Assembly: GCA_950097015.1 (NCBI GenBank)
Contig: CATNEN010000038.1
Location: 32,240,001-32,304,000, forward strand
Direction: 5' to 3'
Source of the DNA: Macrostomum hystrix
Lineage: Eukaryota > Animalia > Platyhelminthes
DNA length: 64,000 bases
Shown: positions 24,790-34,791 of the stretch, piece after piece
How the letters are laid out: each line of letters begins with the position of its first letter
Position numbering within the stretch: position 1 is the first letter of the stretch
Made by a program: the position numbers and the translations under genes
The notes under the pieces: model-generated
Told to the model about the DNA's origin: nothing
The model's input: only the letters and a program-made list of their open reading frames with translations
The model's database searches: none

Positions 24790-25004
24790 CTTGAAAAATT
24801 AATCGATTAATTTAATACACATTGATTTTATTACACTACGATAATTAGACTTTAAAATTTTGAAGGTTTGTAGTTAGGAATCAAGCACAGTGGGAAAATA
24901 AATTTCATTTACTCAAGGCAGGTCTATCTGTCACAGTAATTACACGAAATTGAACAAAATTACAATGTTAAATATGGCACTACAAAATAGTACTGAAGTG
25001 AATT

Positions 25005-26525
25005 CAGAGAAACAACCTGAAAATGTGGAGGGTTTAGAGAGAAAAAACCTGAAAATGTGGAGGGTTTAGAGAGAAAAAACCTGAAGATGAGGAGGGTTTA
25101 GAGAGAAACAACCTGAAGATGAGGAGGGTTTAGAGAGAAACAACCTGAAGATGTGGAGGGTTTAGAGAGAAACAACCTGAAGATGAGGAGGGTTTAGAGA
25201 GAAACAACCTGAAGATGTGGAGGATTTAGAGAGAAACAACCTGAAGATGTGGAGGATTTAGAGAGAAACAACCTGAAGATGTGGAGGGTTTAGAGAGAAA
25301 CAACCTGAAGTTGTGGAGGATTTAGAGAGAAACAACCTGAAGTTGTGGAGGATTTAGAGAGAAACAACCTGAAGATGTGGAGGGTTTAGAGAGAAACAAC
25401 CTGAAGATGTGGAGGATTTAGAGAGAAACAACCTGAAGATGTGGAGGGTTTAGAGAGAAACAACCTGAAGATGTGGAGGGTTTAGAGAGAAACAACCTGA
25501 AGATGTGGAGGATTTAGAGAGAAACAACCTGAAGATGAGGAGGGTTTAGAGAGAAACAACCTGAAGATGAGGAGGGTTTAGAGAGAAACAACCTGAAGAT
25601 GTGGAGGGTTTAGAGAGAAACAACCTGAAGATGTGGAGGGTTTAGAGAGAAACAACCTGAAGATGAGGAGGGTTTAGAGAGAAGCAACCTGAAGATGTGG
25701 AGGATTTAGAGAGAAACAACCTGAAGATGTGGAGGGTTTAGAGAGAAACAACCTGAAGTTGTGGAGGATTTAGAGAGAAACAACCTGAAGATGTGGAGGA
25801 TTTAGAGAGAAACAACCTGAAGATGTGGAGGATTTAGAGAGAAACAACCTGAAGATGTGGAGGGTTTAGAGAGAAACAACCTGAAGATGTGGAGGGTTTA
25901 GAGAGAAACAACCTGAAGATGTGGAGGGTTTAGAGAGAAACAACCTGAAGATGTGGAGGGTTTAGAGAGAAACAACCTGAAGATGTGGAGGGTTTAGAGA
26001 GAAACAACCTGAAGATGTGGAGGGTTTAGAGAGAAAAAACCTGAAGATGTGGAGGGTTTAGAGAAACAACCTGAAGATGAGGAGGGTTTAGAGAGAAACA
26101 ACCTGAAGATGTGGAGGGTTTAGAGAGAAACAACCTGAAGATGTGGAGGGTTTAGAGAGAAACAACCTGAAGATGTGGAGGGTTTAGAGAAACAACCTGA
26201 AGATGAGGAGGGTTTAGAGAAACAACCTGAAGATGAGGAGGGTTTAGAGAGAAACAACCTGAAGATGAGGAGGGTTTAGAGAGAAACAACCTGAAGATGT
26301 GGAGGATTTAGAGAGAAACAACCTGAAGATGAGGAGGGTTTAGAGAGAAACAACCTGAAGATGAGGAGGGTTTAGAGAGAAACAACCTGAAGATGTGGAG
26401 GATTTAGAGAGAAACAACCTGAAGATGTGGAGGGTTTAGAGAGAAACAACCTGAAGATGTGGAGGGTTTAGAGAGAAACAACCTGAAGATGCGGAGGGTT
26501 CAGAGAAAAACAACATGAAGATGTG
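25005..26525. repeat. 32-bp minisatellite (GAGAGAAACAACCTGAAGATGTGGAGGGTTTA)n
   Basis: About 47 copies. Confidence 0.97.
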
Positions 26526-26847
26526 GAGTGTTGAGGGAAACTTATTATATTTCACGTGTTTCACATGGTTGATACACAGTTACATTGAAGAGAAGTGCAA
26601 TTTCACAATCTGAATCATTTAATTAGTTTTATTGAAAAAGGATTAGTTTTAATCCAAAAATAGAGTTTTACTTTTCATTTAGATTAAACAAGTGCAAGGT
26701 ATTTTTAAAAAGAAGGTTAATTTAGAAGGAAAATAGGGAAGACAAGCCTGGGACAAAATTGTAAAACCATTTTGGCATTTTTAGTGCTCACAAAACAGAG
26801 CTAACAGTACACACGTATAAATATGATAAAACAGTAAAGACACTTAC

Positions 26848-26935
26848 AGCTTTCCACCTTTTTGAATACTTCATTCTTTAGGAAGTCTTGAAATCTTTCC
26901 GAATAAAAGTGCGGATTGTGTACGCTGACCGTATC
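26848..26935 (-). CDS. PIP5K1: PIP5K1 exon: end of kinase domain (DTVSVHNPHFYSERFQDFLKNEVFKKVES)
   Basis: ctacag|...T|gtaagt; matches DTVSVHRPxFYAERF of type I PIP5K. Confidence 0.93.
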
Positions 26936-26974
26936 CTGTAGGGATAAAAGTATTTCTAGCTTTACATGTAATTT

Positions 26975-27352
26975 GTATCCCAACAGACTGCTTAGATTTA
27001 TCCCAACAGACTCCTTAGACTTATCCCAACAGACTCCTTAGATTTATTCCAACAGACTCCTTAGATTTATCCCAACAGACTACTTAAATTTATCCCAACA
27101 GACTACTTACATTTATCCCAACAGACTCCTTAGATTTATCCCAACAGACTCCTTAGATTTATTCCAACAGACTCCTTAGATTTATCCCAACAGACTCCTT
27201 AGATTTATTCCAACAGACTCCTTAGATTTATTCCAACAGATTCCTTAGATTTATCCCAACAGACTCCTTAGATTTATCCCAACAGACTCCTTAGATTTAT
27301 CCCTACATACTCCTTAGATTTATTCCAACAGACTCCTTAGATTTATCCCGAC
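26975..27352. repeat. 23-bp minisatellite (TTATCCCAACAGACTCCTTAGAT)n
   Basis: About 16 copies. Confidence 0.95.
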
Positions 27353-27483
27353 AGGTCCTTCCCTTCTATCCCTCCTCGCTGGCTGCGTGTCTAGTGTCAC
27401 TAAATAATAATAATTTTGAATCGTTCTTATTCTATTACGAGCGTATTATCATTACTAGTAGTTTATAGCCAGCAGCGACTTAC

Positions 27484-27616
27484 CCCGTCAGTGATAATGG
27501 ACTTCATGGCGTGCTCCATCTTTTTAAACAGGCGATAATTCTGCAGGATGTCAATAATGCCTATATACAGAAACAGTCGTTCGCCTTTGGCATTTCTGGC
27601 CGGAATTCCGCCAACG
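27484..27616 (-). CDS. PIP5K1: PIP5K1 exon: IID motif and activation loop ([44 protein letters not shown])
   Basis: Catalytic GIIDILQ; KKxEH activation loop with Glu is diagnostic of type I (PI4P 5-kinase) versus type II KKAAH; canonical splice sites. Confidence 0.96.
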
Positions 27617-27954
27617 CTGCAGTGACACGGTTGACAAAACGGTGAATTTCAAGCTTTGTAAATGTCGGATTGCTCATAAAAAATTGATTACTTCAAATAA
27701 AAATACTTATACTGACCCTTTAAGTAGCGTATATAGGACAGCATCACCAAAATTATATAATATATATTTAACAAGCATTTCCCCTTACTGCCACTATTAG
27801 TAGAGTAGCTAGGATATGAAAATACCATACAAATTAACAATATTATCGATCGGGTCTCTCTTTACTCTAAATCAGCCTTTACACTTTATTAGGATTCACC
27901 AAGTCAGTTAATTCGTTATTTCACATCTAACACTCGCAAGCAGACTTTACTCAC

Positions 27955-28214
27955 GGCGTAATGTCCATCTCGTCGGAGTGCAAATCTATTGGGGCGGTGT
28001 TCTCAGCGTTAATCGACTCAATTGGCGTATTAAATACGGAGATCTTTTTTAAACTCCAGCCTCGCTGAAGGCCTTCAACGCTGCCTCCGCGGCTGCTGCG
28101 TTGCTGCGTCATCTCGTCGCTGGCTGCCACAGCCGCCGCCGCCGCTGATGCTGCTGATGCTGAGGCCGCCGCAGCGCTAGACGTGGCTCCAGCGACTGGT
28201 CGATGATGCTCAAG
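27955..28214 (-). CDS. PIP5K1: PIP5K1 exon: kinase insert (LEHHRPVAGATSSAAAA...ISVFNTPIESINAEN...DITP)
   Basis: Open frame; VFNTPIESI resembles LYSTAMESI; CC|gtgagt donor phase 2 fits 27616; acceptor ttaag| lies at the SINE tail junction. Confidence 0.85.
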
Positions 28215-28216
28215 CT

Positions 28217-28900
28217 TAATGATAATGATAATGATAATTGCAGGAGGGCTGCAGGCAATGGCACACCATTTGATGACATTAGACCCGCAGTCAGCGAGGA
28301 GGCAAGTCAGGCAGTGTACACTCTCACTGTGCCTTGGAGGTTGGCCCTCAAGGGCGTGACAACCCTGTAAAAAATTCGGCTGCTTCTTCGGCGGGTTTTT
28401 TGTGCAAAATAGGAGTGGAATCTACCAAAATCCCCCCTATCTCTCAAGAGTTAAAGAAACCACCCAGGAAGCAGCCGATGTAACCGTAAATTGTGCGGAA
28501 ACCGCCGGAGAATCACCCAAACCAGTGGCCCATGGGACAACCAGAGAATTATTTACTGGCGATTCCCCCGGCGGTTTCTGAGCATGGAATCTTCCGAACT
28601 GGAGGATTCTTTGGGTGATCCCATTTCGTCACCAAGAAGCACCGAGAAAACGCCCAGTTGGGTAGATTCTAAGCATGGAATCATTCGATTGGTATGTTTC
28701 CAGCGTTCGGCTGTTTCTTTATCTGGAAACACCGCAGATTCCAACTGGAATCCCCCAAAGAAACATCCCTATTTTTTAGCGGGAAGCCCCCAAGCCTTCT
28801 TTCCGCGGCTGCGCCTCAAATAAATGTGGCCTCGCCGCGGAATCGAGCTCAGGGACCTTGGTGCGAGAAGCGAATGCGTTACCGCTCTGCCACCGACCCC
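28217..28900 (-). mobile_element. tRNA-headed SINE (family A) with head and tail intact, carrying a nested MITE
   Basis: Minus strand starts GGGGTCGGTGGCAGAGCGGTAA (A box)...GAGCTCGATTCC (B box-like) and ends with an (ATTATC)n tail; TGATGCTC duplicated at 28204-28211 and 28901-28908. Confidence 0.85.
28363..28783. mobile_element. 421-bp non-autonomous DNA transposon (MITE), CCC...GGG termini, 2-bp TSD; CMC/EnSpm-like
   Basis: Imperfect TIRs CCCTGTAAAAAATTCGGCTGCTTCTTCGG vs revcomp CCCGCTAAAAAATAGGGATGTTTCTTTGG; AA duplicated on both sides; the SINE copy at ~61.9 kb shows the empty site GAC-AA-GCCCCC. Confidence 0.78.
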
Positions 28901-29037
28901 TGATGCTCCTTCTTTAACAAAAATGTACTAATTAACGCTAGTTTTGTTTTTATAAATTCTTTTAAACTGACTACTGAACAACTCGTGATAGTAGTATAGA
29001 AGGCATATCACAAAAAAATATGCGCAAATTAACTTAC

Positions 29038-29194
29038 ACGATCCCGCAAAGTCTGATCCAAATTGTAGATTCCCAATAATAGTGAATAGTCCATGATGCG
29101 AAAGGACTCCAATACTAAGCAGTCGCGACTGATGCATTCTATTAGGCTATTGTAGATGTCGGCTTCCAGGGATAGGCCGGTGTCATGCAGGCTC
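29038..29194 (-). CDS. PIP5K1: PIP5K1 exon with MDYSL motif (SLHDTGLSLEADIYNSLIECISRDCLVLESFRIMDYSLLLGIYNLDQTLRDR)
   Basis: Catalytic IMDYSLLLGI; splice phases consistent (2 in, 0 out). Confidence 0.96.
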
Positions 29195-29276
29195 CTTAGA
29201 AGACAAATAATTTTAAATTTAAGTTTTCAATACTTCTTATGCAAAACTAAGAATTCACAAATTTTCAATCGCTTAC

Positions 29277-29437
29277 TTAAAGTCCAAATCTTTGAATGTT
29301 GGTGAAGATTTTTCCCTTTCAGAATTGCTTGCCTGCCTCTTGTAGGTGCTGCCTTTTAAATCGTACTTTTCAGTTAGGCGAATAGTCGACGGTAGGAGAT
29401 TGTTCATGATTACAAAGCGAATGTTCTTGCTGCCACA
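29277..29437 (-). CDS. PIP5K1: PIP5K1 exon with DLKGS motif ([37 protein letters not shown]...PTFKDLDF)
   Basis: [12 protein letters not shown] and TFKDLDF PIPK signature motifs; canonical splice sites. Confidence 0.96.
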
Positions 29438-29554
29438 CTGTTAATACGATTGGATTTATTTGATAAGCTTTTAAATATAAAGCCCGAAAACACACTCATA
29501 ATAAGTAAATCTCGATTTAGAATGTTCCAGCGAGTGACTCACAAATATACAGTC

Positions 29555-32170
29555 AGATCTAAAAATCTAGTAGCTAGATCTTTTTATCTAGTAGCTAGAT
29601 CTTTTTATCTAGTAGCTAGATCTTTTTATCTAGTAGCTAGATCTTTTTATCTAGTAGCTAGATCTAAATATCTAGTAGCTGGATCTTTTTATCTAGTAGC
29701 TAGATCTAAATATCTAGTAGCTGGATCTTTTTATCTAGTAGCTGGATCTAAAAATCTAGTAGGCTCTAGATCTAAAATTCTAGTAGCTAGATCTAAAATC
29801 CTAGTAGCTAGATCTAAAATTCTAGTAGCTAGATCTAAAATTCTAGTAGCTAGATCTAAATATCTAGTAGCTGGATCTTTTTATCTAGTAGCTAGATCTA
29901 AAAATCTAGTAGCTGGATCTTTTAATCTAGTAGCTAGATCTAAATATCTAGTAGCTAGATCTAAATATCTAGTAGCTAGATCTAAATATCTAGTAGCTGG
30001 ATCTTTTTATCTAGTAGCTAGATCTAAATATCTAGTAGCTAGATCTAAATATCTAGTAGCTGGATCTTTTTATCTAGTAGCTAGATCTAAATATCTAGTA
30101 GCTGGATCTTTTTATCTAGTAGCTGGATCTAAAAATCTAGTAGGCTCTAGATCTAAAATTCTAGTAGCTAGATCTAAAATCCTAGTAGCTAGATCTAAAA
30201 TTCTAGTAGCTAGATCTAAAATTCTAGTAGCTAGATCTAAATATCTAGTAGCTGGATCTTTTAATCTAGTAGCTAGATCTAAAATTCTAGTAGCTAGATC
30301 TAAAAATCTAGTAGCTGGATCTTTTAATCTAGTAGCTAGATCTAAATATCTAGTAGCTAGATCTAAATATCTAGTAGCTGGATCTTTTTATCTAGTAGCT
30401 AGATCTAAATATCTAGTAGCTGGATCTTTTTATCTAGTAGCTAGATCTAAATATCTAGTAGCTAGATCTAAATATCTAGTAGCTGGATCTTTTTATCTAG
30501 TAGCTAGATCTAAATATCTAGTAGCTGGATCTTTTTATCTAGTAGCTGGATCTAAAAATCTAGTAGGCTCTAGATCTAAAATTCTAGTAGCTAGATCTAA
30601 AATCCTAGTAGCTAGATCTAAAATTCTAGTAGCTAGATCTAAAATTCTAGTAGCTAGATCTAAATATCTAGTAGCTGGATCTTTTTATCTAGTAGCTAGA
30701 TCTAAAAATCTAGTAGCTGGATCTTTTAATCTAGTAGCTAGATCTAAATATCTAGTAGCTAGATCTAAATATCTAGTAGCTAGATCTAAATATCTAGTAG
30801 GCTCTAGATCTAAAATTCTAGTAGCTAGATCTAAAATTCTAGTAGCTGGATCTTTTAATCTAGTAGCTAGATCTAAATATCTAGTAGCTAGATCTAAATA
30901 TCTAGTAGCTAGATCTAAATATCTAGTAGCTGGATCTAAATATCTAGTAGCTAGATCTAAATATCTAGTAGCTGGATCTAAAAATCTAGTAGCTGGATCT
31001 AAATATCTAGTAGCTGGATCTAAACATCGAGTAGCTGGATCTGTAAATCTAGTAGCTAGATCTAAATATCTAGTAGCTGGATCTTTTTATCTAGTAGCTG
31101 GATCTAAATATCTAGTAGGCTCTAGATCTAAAATTCTAGTAGCTAGATCTAAAAATCTATTTATCTGGATTTAAAAATCTAGTAGCTAGATCTAAAATCC
31201 TAGTAGCTAGATCTAAAATCCTAGTAGCTAGATCTAAAATTCTAGTAGCTAGATCTAAAATTCTAGTAGCTAGATCTAAATATCTAGTAGCTGGATCTAA
31301 AATCCTAGTAGCTAGATCTAAAAATCTAGTAGCTGGATCTAAAAATCTAGTAGCTGGATCTAAAATCCTAGTAGCTAGATTTAAAAATCTAGTAGCTAGA
31401 TCTAAAAATCTAGTAGCTAGATCTAAAAATCTAGTAGCTGGATCTAAAAATCTAGTAGCTAGATCTAAAAATCTAGTAGCTAGATTTAAAAATCTAGTAG
31501 CTGGATCTAAAAATCTAGTAGCTAGATCTAAAATCCTAGTAGCTAGATCTAAATATCTAGTAGCTAGATCTAAAATCCTAGTAGCTAGATCTAAAAATCT
31601 ATTTATCTGGATCTAAAAATCTAGTAGGATCTAGATCTAAAATTCTAGTAGCTAGATCAAAAATCCTAGTAGCTAGATCTAAAATTCTAGTAGCTAGATC
31701 TAAAATTCTAGTAGCTAGATCTAAATATCTAGTAGCTGGATCTAAAATCCTAGTAGCTAGATCTAAAAATCTAGTAGCTGGATCTAAAAATCTAGTAGCT
31801 GGATCTAAAATCCTAGTAGCTAGATTTAAAAATCGAGTAGCTGGATCTAAAATCCTAGTAGCTAGATTTAAAAATCTAGTAGCTAGATCTAAAAATCTAG
31901 TAGCTAGATCTAAAAATCTAGTAGCTAGATCTAAATATCTAGTAGCTAGATCTAAAAATCTAGTAGCTGGATCTTTTTATCTAGTAGCTAGATCTAAAAA
32001 TCTAGTAGGCTCTAGATCTGAAATTCTAGTAGCTAGATCTAAAAATCTAGATATAAAAATCGAGTAGCTGGATCTAAAAATCGAGTAGCTGGATCTGTAA
32101 ATCTAGTAGCAAGATCGACAAACAAAGTAGCTAGATCTAGAGATCAAGATCTAGTGAAGATTTAGATCTA
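29555..32170. repeat. 21-bp minisatellite (ATCTAGTAGCTAGATCTAAAA)n, intronic
   Basis: Direct periodicity; source of the 574-aa LVARSKY ORF. Confidence 0.97.
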
Positions 32171-32496
32171 GTTAAGAGACCTAGGGAATTCAGTAGCTAA
32201 ATCTTGAATCCAGATAACTTAGATCTGAATGAGAAGAATAAACCAAGAAACACAAACGAAAAAGAATCAATAAACACTTGCCATTCACTCCAAAGCTCAG
32301 AAAATACTTTAAAGATATTATTAACACGTTAAGAATTATGCTACTAGTATTTTCCTTTGTAGAGCACGTGAAGGGAAGAGGTGGATGGGATTAAGCAATA
32401 GGGATAATTAAAGTTTAAATTAACCGAAAGATAATGACCGAATCTTTAATGACGCGCTTGTATGACCGAAATGGCAAACACAAACTAAAATCGCAC

Positions 32497-32827
32497 CTGG
32501 TAGCAATAGAGACCGTAGAACTTAGGCAGCAATGTCCTAGGATTCTGAGTCAGGGTGAGGTAGTACTGCAGCAATAGGCGCTGCAAATATTTGGCCTCCT
32601 TGTGCTGCACAGTTTTAATGATGAAATTGTCATCGGCTGTGCGATAGAAAATGGAACCGGAAGCGCCCGGATTTGACAGCTCTTCGAGCTCTTCGCCGCA
32701 GATTGAGGCTAAGAATTGCGAGATGTCAATGTTGTAGAGCTTGCGAAAGTGACGAAAAGCCAACGGAGCGTAGGTCTTGAACGTGAAACTGCTCATTGTG
32801 TGCGCCATCGTGAGCTTGCCGCCCTCC
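32497..32827 (-). CDS. PIP5K1: PIP5K1 exon: G-loop and IIK lysine ([29 protein letters not shown]...[23 protein letters not shown]...[14 protein letters not shown])
   Basis: FKTYAP, NPGASGS, FIIKTV and [10 protein letters not shown] are PIP5K1 signature motifs. Confidence 0.97.
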
Positions 32828-33029
32828 CTGATTTGGATGGCGGAAAATCAGAGTCTTATTAATCTGCTATGCTCAAAGAATAATTTCCTTCTTTTAGAAA
32901 GAAAAAAAGAGAATAATCTATTAATATCAACAAACAGAAAGCGAGATTAAGATATAATGCATTTGGGGTATGGGAAAGCAGAGACGGAGAGAAGGAAAGA
33001 TGAAAAATGAGGATGAAGATGAAGGGAGG

Positions 33030-33685
33030 ATGAAGATAAGGTGGAGAATCGGAGGGGAGAAGAAGATAGGGGAAGAATCAAAGGGGAGAAGAAGATAGGG
33101 GAAGAATCAGAGGGGAGAAGAAGATAGGGGAAGAATCGGAGGGGAGAAGAAGATAGGGGAAGAATCAGAGGGGAGAAGAAGATAGGGGAAGAATCAGAGG
33201 GGAGAAGAAGATAGGGGAAGAATCGGAGGGGAGAGGAAGATAGGGGAAGAATCGGAGGGGAGAGGATGATAAGGGAGAGAATCGGAGGGAGAGGAAGATA
33301 AGGGGGAGAATCGGAGGAGAGACGAAGATAAGGGGGAGAATCTGAGGGGAGATCAAGATAAGGGGGAGAATCTGAGGGGAGATCAAGATAAGGGGGAGAA
33401 TCGGAGGGGAGAGTAAGATAGGGGAAGAATCGGAGGAGAGAGGAAGATAAGGGGGAGAATCGGAGGAGAGAGGATGATAAGGGGGAGAATCGGAGGAGAG
33501 ACGAAGATAAGGGGGAGAATCTGAGGGGAGATCAAGATAAGGGGGAGAATCTGAGGGGAGATCAAGATAAGGGGGAGAATCGGAGGGGAGAGTAAGATAG
33601 GGGAAGAATCGGAGGAGAGAGGAAGATGAGGGGGAGAATCGGAGGGGAGAAGGAATATAAGGGAGAAGACAAGGGGAGAATCTGT
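33030..33685. repeat. ~27-bp purine-rich minisatellite (GAAGATAGGGGAAGAATCGGAGGGGA-like)
   Basis: Direct periodicity. Confidence 0.9.
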
Positions 33686-33801
33686 GGGACGGGAAGAAGA
33701 GGGAGGCAGCCAGTGGAGAGCATAAACAAGAATGATCTTGCTTATGTAAAATCAAAAACAGAAACAGAAAATCATCTTATATCATTAGAAAACTGTGTTA
33801 C

Positions 33802-33932
33802 CTAGGAAAGTCAACGATTTCCACAACGCCGAAGTCCTGCGTTAGTAGGTCGCGATTCGGCTTCTGGGCCTCGTTGCCGACCGAATTCTGAATGCCCAGC
33901 TGAATGGCTCGCATGATCTCGTTAGTCGGACG
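33802..33932 (-). CDS. PIP5K1: PIP5K1 exon ([44 protein letters not shown])
   Basis: AIQLGI...KPxRDxLxQDF matches the type I PIP5K N-lobe; canonical splice sites; missed by the ORF track. Confidence 0.95.
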
Positions 33933-34099
33933 CTGTTATTGACGGGTTGAGGATTTCACGGAAAACTGTTAGGAATTCAATTGAAAGATCGGAGGAAACA
34001 CAGTCTTAATCCCATCCTTTCTATTCTTATTCGAATCTTACACTTTCTTAATCCCATTGTTCCTACTTTGAATATAAAACTTTCTATATACCTAATTAT

Positions 34100-34462
34100 C
34101 ATAATTCATAATTCATTAATTCATAATTCATAATTCCATCTTTCCTATTAAAAATTCCCTTACTTCCCATTCTTAATCCCATCCTCCACATTCATAATCC
34201 CATACTCCCCCATTCTTAATTCCATCCTCCCCATTCATAATCCCATCATACCCATTCATAATCCCATACTCCCCCATTCTTAATCCCATCCTACCCATTC
34301 ATAATCCCATACTCCCCCCATTCATAATCCATCCTTCCCATTCATAATTCCATCCTACCCATTCATAATCCCATCCTCTCCATTCATAATCCCATCCTTC
34401 CCATTCATAATCCCATCCTCTCCATTCATAATCCCATCCTCCCCATTCATAATCCCATCCTT
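34100..34462. repeat. ~21-bp minisatellite (CCCATTCATAATCCCATCCT-like)
   Basis: Degenerate tandem copies. Confidence 0.85.
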
Positions 34463-34554
34463 TTTAATGATAATGAGATCATCCGTTCCTTCCCATTTAT
34501 AGAATCTTAGTTAGGTGTTTAAAAAGTGCTATATTAGTTAATAGGTTCACATAC

Positions 34555-34791
34555 CTTCTTATATGTAACCTGACCCTCGTCATCGACCCGACGATGACCG
34601 AGTTTCTGCTTCTCTCTTCGACTTAAATTAGCGGCGGCGGCTGCAGCAGCAGCGGCGGCAGCAGCAGAAGACTGAGCCTGCCCTGAGCCGCCTGCATTTG
34701 AGGCATAGGACGCATACCCCACTGCATTGGAATGTGAGGCATTGGCCATAGAACGATTTGGCAGGGTGGCAGCACCCTGGGGAGTGGTCAT
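34555..34791 (-). CDS. PIP5K1: PIP5K1 first recognisable coding exon (MTTPQG...poly-Ala...KQKLGHRRVDDEGQVTYKK)
   Basis: KLGHRRVDxxGxVTYKK is the conserved type I N-terminal motif; AAG|gtatgt donor; exon acceptor at 34822, so the true start may lie in an upstream exon. Confidence 0.9.

Noticed and set aside
28491-28823. ORFs inside the MITE as a transposase
   Set aside because: Short, no DDE or other recognisable motif; the element is non-autonomous
29450-31174. 574-aa LVARSKY ORF
   Set aside because: A 21-bp minisatellite that is stop-free in one frame, lying antisense within a PIP5K intron, with a TTG start
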